Below the pieces are notes generated by a model, which saw only the letters and a list, made by a program, of their open reading frames with translations, made no database searches and had not been told where the DNA came from. A stretch of DNA of 64,000 nucleotides from an uncultured Acidobacteriota bacterium (lineage in GTDB: Bacteria; Acidobacteriota; Thermoanaerobaculia; Multivoradales; JAHEKO01), in the NCBI GenBank assembly GCA_963719055.1, contig CAVRAU010000008.1:123374-187373 (forward strand), read 5' to 3'. The position numbers and the translations under genes were made by a program. Shown one piece after another: positions 45,069 through 55,539 of the stretch; the first letter of the stretch is position 1; every line of letters starts with the position of its first letter.

Positions 45069-46175
45069 ATGTCGCGTCTACTGATTACGGGTGGTGCCGG
45101 ATTCATCGGCGCCAATTTCGTGCACTACTGGCGACATCGGTACCCCGACGATCGCCTCGTGGTTCTCGACGCCCTGACCTACGCCGGCAACATGGCCAAC
45201 CTGGCAGATATCGCTGAGGCCGGAGAGTTTCGGTTCGTTCATGGGGACATCCGGGATCAGGCCCTGGTTGTGGATCTGCTGCGTCAGCATGAGATCGACA
45301 CCATCGTGCACTTTGCCGCGGAGTCCCACGTGGACCGGTCCATTACCGGACCCGATGTCTTTGTGGACGTCAATATTGGCGGTACCCACAGCTTGCTCAA
45401 GGCCGCGCGGGAAGTCTGGCTCTCAGGACCCAACGGTCCACACCAGGGGCATCGCTTCCACCATGTCTCCACGGATGAGGTGTACGGCTCCCTGGAGCCC
45501 GGTGACCCGCCCTTTACCGAATCGACACCGTACGCTCCCAACTCCCCATACGCCGCCAGCAAAGCAGCCTCGGATCATCTGGTGCGGGCATACCAACATA
45601 CCTACGGGCTCGTCACCTCCATCAGCAATTGTTCCAACAACTACGGTCCCTTCCAGTTTCCGGAAAAGCTGATTCCCCTGCTCATCGTGAATCTACTGGA
45701 GGGCAAACCGCTACCCATCTACGGTGACGGTCTCAACGTGCGCGACTGGCTCTTTGTGGAGGACCACTGCCAAGGTATCGATCTCGTCCTCAAGGAAGGC
45801 GTCCCCGGAAGAACCTACAATATCGGCACCAACAACGAGCTCACCAATCTGGATCTCGTCGAGACCCTATGCGGGCTCCTGGACGAGCTCTTCGCGGCAG
45901 AACCGCGTCTGCACGAAAGGTTTCCCACGGCGCCTCCGGCTGCCGACGACAAGTGCGCCAGTGCCATCACTTTCGTCAAGGACCGTCCAGGTCATGATCG
46001 CCGCTATGCCATCGATATGGCCCGGATCACCGATGAGCTGGGATTCCAGCCACGGATCACCTTCGAAGAGGGGCTCCGATCTACCGTCCGCTGGTACCTG
46101 GACAACGAAGAGTGGTGGCGTTCGGTGATGGATGAGTCCTACCGCGACTGGGTCGATCACCACTACAGCGACTGA
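45069..46175 (+). CDS. rfbB: dTDP-glucose 4,6-dehydratase
   Basis: GGAGFIG, DALTYAGN, HFAAESHVDRSI, STDEVYG, DRPGHDRRYA. Confidence 0.96.
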   Translation: MSRLLITGGAGFIGANFVHYWRHRYPDDRLVVLDALTYAGNMANLADIAEAGEFRFVHGDIRDQALVVDLLRQHEIDTIVHFAAESHVDRSITGPDVFVDVNIGGTHSLLKAAREVWLSGPNGPHQGHRFHHVSTDEVYGSLEPGDPPFTESTPYAPNSPYAASKAASDHLVRAYQHTYGLVTSISNCSNNYGPFQFPEKLIPLLIVNLLEGKPLPIYGDGLNVRDWLFVEDHCQGIDLVLKEGVPGRTYNIGTNNELTNLDLVETLCGLLDELFAAEPRLHERFPTAPPAADDKCASAITFVKDRPGHDRRYAIDMARITDELGFQPRITFEEGLRSTVRWYLDNEEWWRSVMDESYRDWVDHHYSD

Positions 46176-47897
46176 CTCGTGACCTGCAGCCGCTGATCGG
46201 CGGAGTACGGGAAGAAGTCGATCACTTCTCCCTGCCGGTTGCGATCCTGTAGGGCCCGCCAGAAAGCGGTGCCGAATAGATCCTGGTGATGCCTGTCGAA
46301 GACCTCACGGAGCTCCCCGCGGAGCTCCAGAAAGGTTGCCAGCTCTTCGGGGAAGACATCATCGTCGGAGACCGAAAACCACGGCTCCGCTGCCAACTCG
46401 TCTTCCGGATGCCGAGCCTGCGGGAACCTGCGGAATCGGCAGCTGCCCAGAGGCGCGATCTCGTCGTAGTCGTAGAACACCACGCGGCCATGACGAGTGA
46501 CGCCGAAGTTCTTGAGCAACATGTCACCGGCAAAGATATTGGCGGCGGCCAAGTCCTTCAAGGTGTATCCCCAATCGACGATGGCCGCTTCCGCTTCCTC
46601 CCGGGAGGCCTCACGGACGTAGATGTCCAGAGGGGTGACGCGGCGTCCGATATAAAGGTGCCGAATGACCACCTCATCGCCGTCGACCTTGACGGTCCGT
46701 CCCGCAGTGTCTTCGAGCTCTGCCAACAACTCGTCGGAGAATCGCTCCTTGGGGAAGGTCAAGTGCTCGAACTCCTGGAAATCGACCAGACGCCCGACCC
46801 GATCGTGTCTGAGGACCTCGCGATACTTCTGCATGACCTCCTCCCGCGTCGTCGATTTGGAAGGCGGAAAGCAATCCCGGATCACCTTGAAGACGAATTG
46901 GAACGACGGCAGGGTGAACACCGACATGACCAGTCCCGGCTGGCCCGGGGCGATGATGAACTGCTCCCCCGACTGCGCCACGAATCGCATGAGATCTCGG
47001 AAGAACTCGGTCTTGCCATGCTTGTGATACCCCAACGAGACATACAGCTCGGCGATCCGCTTTCTGGGTAGGATCGAATGGAGAAAGCCGATCACCTCTC
47101 GCGGACTGGCAATGTCGGCGTGGAAGTACCAGCGAGCAAAGCTGAAAACGATACTGGTCTCCTCTTCGCCGGTGAGAACCGCATCGAGAATCAGCTCGCC
47201 CTCATGGTTGAGAATCGCCAGTACCAGGGGGATCAGCGAATCCCCGCGGCGCGCCCGACCGATGACATAGGCAGCCTTGTTGCGAATGAGCACCGGGCAG
47301 AGCACATCGAGCGCCTCGATCTCGGGCCCGCCAAGGGCCTCCACCACGCGCCGTTCCAACAAGCCGGCCGCCTGCCGCGCGTCGGTCTCCAGATCCCGAA
47401 AAGGGGCCCTGAGCTCGGTATCCTCCAGGATCCGCCGCATCACTCCGGCATCGACGCGATGGACGGCGTAGAGCCGGGCGCTGGACATCTCCCATCCCTT
47501 GAAGGGCAGGGGAAAATCCGCCGAGGCGAAATCGATGGCTGGATCGACGCCCACATGCGGGAACACCCTTCGAGACAGTGAATTGAAGAAGGTCTGGGCC
47601 AACTCGAAATCATCTCGACCCAGGATGGCCAGCGAATAGGCCTCCTTCATCGTGCGCCCAGAACTCCAGGTCGCTGACCTGCTCGCCGAGCTGATCCACC
47701 AGGGCTTCGAAGGCTTCGGTGACGAACTGGGCGTGCAGTCCCAGTCGCTTGACCGTGTCCCGGCGGATACCCTCCCACTCACAGCGCTCGAATCGCTCAC
47801 GCGTGTGCCGGGTGACGGCGCGAAAGCGCGTCTGGTAGTCGTCGAAGCAGCGATGGATGATGTCCGCGCCGCGTAGAGCCTCGCTCGGATAGACCAC
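46163..47897 (-). CDS. aceK: Isocitrate dehydrogenase kinase/phosphatase (frameshift near 47650)
   Basis: ELAQTFFNS, RNKAAY.IGR, APG..G.VM.VF, VFKVIRD, HDRVGRL.D, ANIF.GDML.KNFGVTRHGRVVFYDYDE. Confidence 0.92.
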
Positions 47898-47959
47898 GAC
47901 GGGATACTAGCAACGCCGCGAGGGGTCAGGACCACCCGTTCGGGCAGGCTGAAAGGCCT

Positions 47960-49297
47960 CTACCCGGCGTCCCGAGCGCAGCGAAACCCGGCGAAGATCT
48001 GACGCCGGATGGGATAGTCCCAATTGCGAAAGGTGCCTCGCGCCACCGATGGGCGGGTCGCCCAGGAGCCGCCACGCAGCACCTTGTACTCGGAGCCGAA
48101 GAAAATCTTCGAGTATTCCTCATAGGGAAAGGCGGAAAACCCCGGATAGGGCTCGAAATCAGAGCTCGTCCATTCCCAGATGTCACCGACGAGCTGTTCG
48201 ACGCCGTAGCGACTGGCACCCTCCGGGTAGGCCCCGATAGGGGCCGGTTGAAAGGCCAGCTGATCGACATTGGCTCTGGTCGCCTCGACTGGGGTATCAC
48301 CCCATGGATAGAGACGGGAACGGTCGGCTGCAGGCCCCCAGAGAGCCGCCTTCTCCCACTCCGCCTCGGTGGGCAATCGTTTGCCCGCCCAGCACGCATA
48401 GGCTTCGGCCTCGTAGAAGCCGACGTGAATCACGGGTAGCTCACCACGCAGAGGCTCGATTCGATCCATGTGGCGTACCCACCAGCCATCGTCGCGACGA
48501 CTCCAGTTTCCGGGGGCGCTCACTCGCGTCTGCTGACGCCATTCCCAGCCCACCGCAGACCAGAACTCCTGCCTGTCGTAGCCTGCGTCCTCCACAAACT
48601 CCAGATACTGGGCACAGCTCACCGGTACCCGGTCGATCCAATAGGACGGCAGGGTCAGCTCATGCAAGGCCAACTCGTTGTCGTAGGCAAAGATCCGCCC
48701 ACTGCCGCCCATGAGAAACGAGCCTTCCGGGATGAGAACCATCGACTCCGGCAAGGGTCTACCAGGAGGCAGAAGCCGCCGCTGTGCAGGTAGATAGGGT
48801 GGCGATTCCAGGACCTGCAACAGCTGCAGGATGGTCTCCTGATGTTGTTCCTCGTGCTCCGCAACCATTTCGTACACAAAGCCGCCCGCGAGCAGCTTCG
48901 TCGTTTCACCTCCCGAGAGCTCGGCCAGAACACCCAGGGCCTCGGTCCGCACCCGTGAGAGGTAGTCCCAAAGGGTCCTGGAGACAGGTAGAGGTAGGTC
49001 CTTCCGTGACGGCCGAGGGTTGAGGACGGCGTCAAACATCTTGGCGAACTCGGCGTTCAAAGGCTCCTCGCTCGCCAGGTTCTGGCAAAGCCAGAGCTCC
49101 TCGAAGTTGGCGATATGGCCGAGGTCCCAGACGATGGGACTCAGGATGGGGATGTGTTGAGTCTGCAGTACCTGCCAATCGAGACCTGACACCAGGCTGA
49201 GAGTTCGCTCCCGCACCTGCTCGAGGCGCCCAGCGATGGAGTCTCGGTCCAGGTTCTGGATGAAGACAGGCGTAGAGATCGACGGCAAAGAGCTCAC
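47960..49297 (-). CDS. egtB: Ergothioneine sulfoxide synthase EgtB (type I-like)
   Basis: DinB-like SP..WDLGH and HE.QH.E iron ligands; FGE-like domain with RLPTEAEWEKAA, YEEYS, FRNWD.P.RRQIF. Confidence 0.85.
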   Translation of the reverse strand: MSSLPSISTPVFIQNLDRDSIAGRLEQVRERTLSLVSGLDWQVLQTQHIPILSPIVWDLGHIANFEELWLCQNLASEEPLNAEFAKMFDAVLNPRPSRKDLPLPVSRTLWDYLSRVRTEALGVLAELSGGETTKLLAGGFVYEMVAEHEEQHQETILQLLQVLESPPYLPAQRRLLPPGRPLPESMVLIPEGSFLMGGSGRIFAYDNELALHELTLPSYWIDRVPVSCAQYLEFVEDAGYDRQEFWSAVGWEWRQQTRVSAPGNWSRRDDGWWVRHMDRIEPLRGELPVIHVGFYEAEAYACWAGKRLPTEAEWEKAALWGPAADRSRLYPWGDTPVEATRANVDQLAFQPAPIGAYPEGASRYGVEQLVGDIWEWTSSDFEPYPGFSAFPYEEYSKIFFGSEYKVLRGGSWATRPSVARGTFRNWDYPIRRQIFAGFRCARDAG

Positions 49298-49303
49298 TTC
49301 GGC

Positions 49304-50515
49304 CTACGTCCGCAGATCCTGGCGACGAGTCATCACCAATGCCGATTCGTCCTTGCCTTCGCGCCGAAAGCCCAGGAGGTGGAAGAGCCGCAGCGCAAAG
49401 AGTCGCGCCAGGCGACGATCGACGATAAAGGCGTCGTCCCGATCGGGATCTCGGGACACGCCCGGCAGCCAGTGCAGGAATCTCTCCAACTGCCAACTGC
49501 GCAGAGTGGCAGAGATGGGTAGCCAAACGGGCCGGATCTCGCGGACAAGGAAGAACCCATCCTCGCCCTGGTCCTGATAGAGCGGCATCAGCAGCATGCC
49601 GGGTCTCGGCGCCAGGATCGATCCATCGGTACTCTTGCCGAGGAGCTGTCCTTCCACCACATTTTGAAAGCTCTTGAAACCGGGCACCATCGAAAAGCCG
49701 TTCGGGTTGTGGATGGGATGCCGATAGAGCACTTCGACGATACCCACCGAGGACTCGTTCTGCTTGTCGAGCAACGCGCGCGCCTTGCGAGCCCGCTGAC
49801 GACTTTCCCCTTCCAAAAGACCACAGGAGTCGAGGGCCAGCCAGATGGCCGCCTCGGCCCCGTCCACCGCGTCCGGGTCCTGGTGCTGACCCGACTCGAA
49901 TCCGAGAACGGTGACACCCTGGGATGTGAGATGGGAAGCCAGGGTCCCGGAGAGTTCCTCCTCCAGACCCAAGACCAGAGGGACGGGGAAATCCATGGCC
50001 ATTTCTCGATTCGGCAAGGTGTCATCGAGAATCGCAAAAGCCGACCCCGGCCCCGAGAAGGTGTGCAGATCGAGCAGAAATACCCTACCCGGTGCCTCGT
50101 CCAAGATTCTCTGCAGGGTGGCATCCAACTCCAGCTGCTCACGGTCTTCCGCTTCTCCAGAGCCAGGTGACTTGAGAAGACGGGCCAGACGCTCTGCTTG
50201 CCAAGCGCGATTCAGGTCGTGATCGATGAATCGTCGACCCAACGCCAGGGCCTGGCGGTTGCCGACCAGGCCCACCCACTCGCCGCGTAAAGTCTCGGCC
50301 CGGGATCGCAGGGATCTCAAAACGCGATGGATGGCCAGAACCCCCGCCGGCTCGTTGCCATGCAACCCGCCTAGACAAATCAGCGTCGGGCCGGGCTGAC
50401 GGCCCACGCAACGCCCCAGCTCTCTCGGCAGATCCCTCAGGTCCAGCGAGTCGGCAGCCGAACCCAGCTGTGATTCGCTGCTCGGTGGGCACAGCTGATC
50501 CAAAGTCGATGTCAT
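49304..50515 (-). CDS. Succinylglutamate desuccinylase/aspartoacylase (M14) family protein
   Basis: GGLHGNE, R..D.DLNR, LLDLHT, FESGQH. Confidence 0.87.
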   Translation of the reverse strand: MTSTLDQLCPPSSESQLGSAADSLDLRDLPRELGRCVGRQPGPTLICLGGLHGNEPAGVLAIHRVLRSLRSRAETLRGEWVGLVGNRQALALGRRFIDHDLNRAWQAERLARLLKSPGSGEAEDREQLELDATLQRILDEAPGRVFLLDLHTFSGPGSAFAILDDTLPNREMAMDFPVPLVLGLEEELSGTLASHLTSQGVTVLGFESGQHQDPDAVDGAEAAIWLALDSCGLLEGESRQRARKARALLDKQNESSVGIVEVLYRHPIHNPNGFSMVPGFKSFQNVVEGQLLGKSTDGSILAPRPGMLLMPLYQDQGEDGFFLVREIRPVWLPISATLRSWQLERFLHWLPGVSRDPDRDDAFIVDRRLARLFALRLFHLLGFRREGKDESALVMTRRQDLRT

Positions 50516-50715
50516 GAGGTCACTGGGCGTCGAGGTCGGCAGCTGTCCAGATTGAAAGGAGCCCTGATTATATTCCGAGACCCGGCTCGCCAGGCAAGAA
50601 CCCCGCCGCCGGATAGAATCTGATTGCGCCGGTTTCCCGCGGGCTTGATAGGCCCCGATCCAATAGGCTAGCCTCTTGGCTGCATGGGGGCGAGACCCCT
50701 CGAGAACTCTTCGAT

Positions 50716-52167
50716 ATGGCTATCTCTGAATCCACCTCCGTAGCCGGCACACGAGCCTTTCGGAGCTTTCTCGAGGCCTACCCGGAGTACTCGGACACGG
50801 CGGCTCTCGATGAGCTACGCCGCCTCGACTTCACCCGGCTCGACCGTGAGCATCACGTCTACCTGGACTACACCGGTGGAGGGCTGTACGCCGAAAGTCA
50901 GATCGACAAGCACATGCAGCTTCTGCGCAACACCGTGTTGGGCAATCCCCACTCCACCAACCCGACATCCATCGGCGCCACCGACAGGGTCGAGAGCTGT
51001 CGGCGGCGGATTCTGGAGTTCTTCCACGCCTCGGAGGACGACTACGGAGTCATCTTCACGGCCAATGCCAGCCAGGCGCTGAAGCTCGTCGGCGAGTCGT
51101 ACCCCTTCGAGCCCGGCGATCAGTTTCTGCTGACTTTCGACAATCACAACTCGGTCAACGGGATCCGCGAGTTCGACCGGGCGCACGGCGCCGAGACGAC
51201 CTACGTACCCGTTACACCACCGGACATGCGAGTGGATCCTGGCGTCATCGATTCGTACCTGAATCTGGCCGACCCGGACCGCCACAACCTGTTCGCCTAT
51301 CCCGCTCAGTCCAACTTCTCCGGCGTTCAGCACCCACTTTCCTGGATTGCGAGGGCTCAGGCCAAGGGCTGGGACGTGCTTCTCGATGCTGCCGCATTCG
51401 TGCCGACGAATCGGCTGGACTTGACCCGATTCCAACCCGATTACGTCGCTTTGTCGTTCTACAAGATGTTCGGGTACCCCACCGGTCTGGGGGCTTTGAT
51501 CGCCCGCTGGCCGGCGCTCGAAAAACTCCACCGGCCCTGGTTTGCCGGCGGCACCATCGAGGTGGCCTCGGTGCAGGCCGACCGTCACTATCTGGCGGCG
51601 GGTTCGGCTGCCTTCGAAGATGGCACCTTGGACTATGCCAACATCCCGGCCATCGATTTGGGGCTGGATTTTCTCGAGTCCGTAGGTCTCGATGTTCTCA
51701 ACAAGCGCGTCAAGTGCCTCGTAGGGTGGTTGCTCGATTCCTTGCTGGCGCTCCGCCATCACAATGGCAGGCCACTGATCCAGCTTTATGGGCCGGTCTC
51801 CATGAAGAGTCGCGGCGGGACCGTCACCTTCAACTTCTATGACCCGGACGGCCAGGTGATCGATCACGATCTCATCGAAGAGGCCGCCAATCGCGAGATG
51901 ATCTCCCTGCGCACCGGGTGTTTCTGCAACCCTGGAGCCGGCGAGATGGCCCTGGGTATCTCCAAACAAGAACTGGTTTCGTGTTTCAGCGACCCCGAGA
52001 GAGGAATGACCTACGGTGATCTCCGACTCTGCATCGACGGCAAGAGCACCGGCGCCGTCAGGGTCTCGGCGGGTATTGTCAGCAACTTCGACGATGTCTT
52101 TCGCTTTGCCGAGTTCGCCAAGAAGTTCCTGGATGGCAAACGGCCTCAGACGATCTCAATCGCGTGA
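50716..52167 (+). CDS. Class V PLP enzyme resembling the NifS-like domain of Moco sulfurase (no MOSC domain)
   Basis: YLDYTG, DNHNSVNGIRE, LDAAA, SFYKMFGYPTGLG, FEDGT, LRTGCFCNPGA. Confidence 0.87.
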   Translation: MAISESTSVAGTRAFRSFLEAYPEYSDTAALDELRRLDFTRLDREHHVYLDYTGGGLYAESQIDKHMQLLRNTVLGNPHSTNPTSIGATDRVESCRRRILEFFHASEDDYGVIFTANASQALKLVGESYPFEPGDQFLLTFDNHNSVNGIREFDRAHGAETTYVPVTPPDMRVDPGVIDSYLNLADPDRHNLFAYPAQSNFSGVQHPLSWIARAQAKGWDVLLDAAAFVPTNRLDLTRFQPDYVALSFYKMFGYPTGLGALIARWPALEKLHRPWFAGGTIEVASVQADRHYLAAGSAAFEDGTLDYANIPAIDLGLDFLESVGLDVLNKRVKCLVGWLLDSLLALRHHNGRPLIQLYGPVSMKSRGGTVTFNFYDPDGQVIDHDLIEEAANREMISLRTGCFCNPGAGEMALGISKQELVSCFSDPERGMTYGDLRLCIDGKSTGAVRVSAGIVSNFDDVFRFAEFAKKFLDGKRPQTISIA

Positions 52168-54999
52168 CGAGAAGTCCAGCTCGACCACCACGGGATCGTG
52201 GTCGCTGGAGCTGCGAGCGTGGGCGAGATCGGAATTGGCGTGCACGATATCGATTCGCGCCCGCGCCTGCGCCAGTAGGGGTTGGCTCAGCAGAATGTGA
52301 TCCAGCAGCTGCGAATCACCCCGATAGTTGAACGAGTAGCGATCCTCGGGTGGCAACAGAAAGACCAGGTTCTCCAGCGGTGTCTCGGTCAAGATTCTCA
52401 ACGGCGTGCGGAACTCGTGATCGTTGAAATCGCCAAGCACAACCACTCCGGCAGCCGGATCTAAAGAGAGCAGTTCGGCCACGAAGTCCGACACCAGGCG
52501 GGCCTGCTGAGAGCGCTGGTCTTCGCTATGTCGGACGGGAGGTTGGGAATCACCGAAAACCGAATCATCCGAGCCCTTCGAGGACCAGTGGTTGTTGACC
52601 ACGAAGAGCTTCCGGACACCAAACTGGAACTCACCTACCAGCGGCTTGCGGCTGGCTGAGAAGCCCCTCGTCTCATCACCGTTGAAGGCCGGAGCTTGCG
52701 ACGCAATTCGACCCGGGTTCGCGGATAGGCCGACCCCGCCTTCGTCCGCCACCAACCGCACCTCGTCGAGGGGTCCCGCCGATCCCCTGTCCACCAGACT
52801 CACCCGACCGGGATTGAACAGGAAAGCCAACCGGATATTGGCCCCGGGCTGCCCACCATCACCATGGTCCACCGGATCGATCTGTCGATACTCATAGTCC
52901 GGTCCTCCGCTATCGGCAACGAGACCGATCAGGCGCTCCAGTGTTACGACAGCAGCGACGGTGCCATCATCCGTCGGACCCGTATCGTCCTGAATCTCCT
53001 GCAAAGCGACAATATCCGGACCCTGCAAGGAGCCGGTCAGGGCGTCGGCGAGCGCTCGGTAGTGAGCCTCGTCACTGCGGGCACTCAAGTTCAACACATT
53101 GAACGTCGCAATCGTAAGACGGCTCTTGCCCGGCACCAGGTCGGTGATCTCTGGTTGACGATCGGCGGAGAGCAACGGCGGCACCGGTGTCTCGACATAG
53201 AGTCGATAGGTACCGAACCGATAGCCGACGATGCCCGCCAAGCTCCCTGCGAATCTGTCGCCTACATTGACATCCGGAGGCCGACCTGAGCCGGAGAAGT
53301 CCACGGTCAGACGCTCTGGATTCAGATCACCCGGCCTGAGCAGCAATCCGCCGACGCGGCTCGCAGCGGCAGACGTCTGACCGCTGGCATCGACAAAGAT
53401 CTCTCCGAAGCGATTCGTCGGCCCGACCACGACGGCATCTGCCAGGACGACCCGCATCCCCTCCACGCTCTCCCAGAAATCGAGGCCATCGAACTGCGGC
53501 TCGAAGATCTGCAGACCATCGTTGTCCACGACCTCTGCCGGCACATGCACACCTTCACGCCCAACGGCAAGCGGCAGTGAACGAAACTCACCACTTTCGA
53601 GGACTTCGAGACTCGAGGCCCAGATCGTTGTCGTGCTCAGCTCACCTGGCCGCTGCGTCTCTACGACCCGCCCATCGACTGTCACGCGGTCTCCGACAGG
53701 TGCCGCCGTCGTCTCTTCGCCATGGAGCACCAGAACCCCACGAGAGGTAGCCACCACGCCGTCATCGGTCATCGACTCCATCCAGAACCCGTTGTCCTTG
53801 CCGGGATAGTTACCGGTAATCACTCCTTCGACGCCCCGCACCCACCGGCCCTCCAACGGCGACCGATGGTCGGCACCCTGGATTCCCTCCACATCGACCG
53901 GCTGGTCCCCAAGGGCGAAGGCGAGAAGCTGAGTGGTCTGGACCAAAGGATTGAAATTGTCATCCGAGACCAGGATCAGGGTCCGGCGACCATCTTGCAG
54001 CGGCGGACCGAAGGTCATCCCTTCCACATTGTCCAGATAGATCCCGAGGTCCGCCAGATTCAGCAGCCGCTCCTTCTGAACCGCGACAACTCTTTCGAGG
54101 TCCACCTTCCGCAGGGCCGGAAAGGTCTGCAAATCAGTCGCACCTGCAAGTCGAAGGAGAAAGATCTGGATGGTGTTTCCCGTACCCATGGAGAACGATC
54201 TCTCCATGGCCAGCAGGTTGTGCTCGTCAAGAGCCAACAGATCCACAAGACCGTTCACCTCGAGGCCATCAGGGACACTCGCGGACGTCGCTACAGGCTC
54301 TGCCCAATACAGGAACTCGGCCACCATCTTGCCGCTCTCCAGGTCGAACTTCAGCAGGCGGCTGGGGCTGGCGACTCCGAGGGCCGCTCCAGGCCCGTCT
54401 TGGACAAGAGCATTCTCCAGTGCCGTGAAGAGGAACCGCCCATCCGGTGTCACGCTCAGACTCTCGAATCCGAGATTGTGACGGGGCCCAGAAGAGCCGT
54501 CTGGCTCGGGCCGGTAGCGGTCAGGAAGCGGCAACTCCCCTAGATACCGTCCGTCCCGAGCGAAATGCCGTACAAACGGTGCCACCTGCTCTCTCACTTG
54601 ACCTTCCGACGAGATATACAGGCTGCCATCCGGGTGGAGCCCAATGCCTTCCGGATCCACAGTCATGCGGGGCATCGGTCCACCCTCGGGGGACTGGATC
54701 ACGGTCATGCTGACCACTTCGGCGCCGTCGTCCGCCAGGCGACCATCGCCGAGATCGATCTCGACGCCATAGAAACGTGCCGGCCCACGAGCGCTCGGAT
54801 CGTCCGTCACGACGTAGTAGAGATCTCGCGACGCATCGAACGTGATTCCGGAAAGACCCCCCACAGGAGTTTCCTCGACCCGCGTTCCCCCGGGAATCCG
54901 CGCCTGTCCGAGAAACTCCATCTGTGTAATCGAAGCGGTACTGGGCTCACCCATCACGAGCAAGCCAAGAATCGCTAGCAGAGGGGACAGAAGCTTCAT
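52156..54999 (-). CDS. Secreted fusion: phytase-like esterase propeller + OB folds + EEP nuclease/phosphatase
   Basis: GGLSG, D.EGI, N.GFESL, DNVEG, VSDDNFN; IQGADHRSP; IATFNVLNL, ALQEIQD, LGDFND, LDHIL, SDHDP. Confidence 0.88.
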   Translation of the reverse strand: MKLLSPLLAILGLLVMGEPSTASITQMEFLGQARIPGGTRVEETPVGGLSGITFDASRDLYYVVTDDPSARGPARFYGVEIDLGDGRLADDGAEVVSMTVIQSPEGGPMPRMTVDPEGIGLHPDGSLYISSEGQVREQVAPFVRHFARDGRYLGELPLPDRYRPEPDGSSGPRHNLGFESLSVTPDGRFLFTALENALVQDGPGAALGVASPSRLLKFDLESGKMVAEFLYWAEPVATSASVPDGLEVNGLVDLLALDEHNLLAMERSFSMGTGNTIQIFLLRLAGATDLQTFPALRKVDLERVVAVQKERLLNLADLGIYLDNVEGMTFGPPLQDGRRTLILVSDDNFNPLVQTTQLLAFALGDQPVDVEGIQGADHRSPLEGRWVRGVEGVITGNYPGKDNGFWMESMTDDGVVATSRGVLVLHGEETTAAPVGDRVTVDGRVVETQRPGELSTTTIWASSLEVLESGEFRSLPLAVGREGVHVPAEVVDNDGLQIFEPQFDGLDFWESVEGMRVVLADAVVVGPTNRFGEIFVDASGQTSAAASRVGGLLLRPGDLNPERLTVDFSGSGRPPDVNVGDRFAGSLAGIVGYRFGTYRLYVETPVPPLLSADRQPEITDLVPGKSRLTIATFNVLNLSARSDEAHYRALADALTGSLQGPDIVALQEIQDDTGPTDDGTVAAVVTLERLIGLVADSGGPDYEYRQIDPVDHGDGGQPGANIRLAFLFNPGRVSLVDRGSAGPLDEVRLVADEGGVGLSANPGRIASQAPAFNGDETRGFSASRKPLVGEFQFGVRKLFVVNNHWSSKGSDDSVFGDSQPPVRHSEDQRSQQARLVSDFVAELLSLDPAAGVVVLGDFNDHEFRTPLRILTETPLENLVFLLPPEDRYSFNYRGDSQLLDHILLSQPLLAQARARIDIVHANSDLAHARSSSDHDPVVVELDFSSRD

Positions 55000-55535
55000 C
55001 CTTGAAACTTATCCGACTGCGGCCACAAGACCAATCCCTCGAAGACCTGCACGCCTCGGTCATCGAATCGCTCAGCGATCTCTTCCAGGGTGAGACCGAC
55101 CACCGGATGCAAGATCCGCGGCGCTACATCCGCCAGGGGAATCGCCACATGGGCTCGTTCGAGAATTTCCGGATCGGGGATTTCCAAACTCGAGGCGGCC
55201 TCATGGACCACTCGCTGCCCGTAAAGAGAGATATCGATATCGAGGGTTCGTGGAGCGTTGCGATCTTCAGACCGTACCCGACCCAATTCCTTCTCGAGAG
55301 GCCTCAGAACCCGGTACTTGAGCGGCCCAGGTCCGTGATCGTACCGAATCTCCAACGCCGCATTCAGAAAGACCGGGCCAGTGCTGCCACCTACCGGTAG
55401 GGTCTCATAGACCCGCGAAGCCGCGACGATTTGCACTCGACGGGCCAGAAGCCTCGTGGCGGCGAGCAGATTTCGATCCGGCCCGATGTTCGAGCCCAAG
55501 GACAGCAGAACGGGTTCAAGGGGATGGACAGACAA
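54996..55535 (-). CDS. folK: 2-amino-4-hydroxy-6-hydroxymethyldihydropteridine diphosphokinase
   Basis: LSLGSNI, S.VYET.P, FLNAA, E..LGR, PRTLDIDI. Confidence 0.92.
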   Translation of the reverse strand: MSVHPLEPVLLSLGSNIGPDRNLLAATRLLARRVQIVAASRVYETLPVGGSTGPVFLNAALEIRYDHGPGPLKYRVLRPLEKELGRVRSEDRNAPRTLDIDISLYGQRVVHEAASSLEIPDPEILERAHVAIPLADVAPRILHPVVGLTLEEIAERFDDRGVQVFEGLVLWPQSDKFQG

Positions 55536-55539
55536 CGAT

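Noticed and set aside
47960-49297. EgtB as a formylglycine-generating enzyme for the two sulfatase-like proteins
   Set aside because: It has the DinB-like iron-binding domain of EgtB and lacks the FGE catalytic cysteines; the sulfatase-like proteins have Thr, not Cys/Ser.
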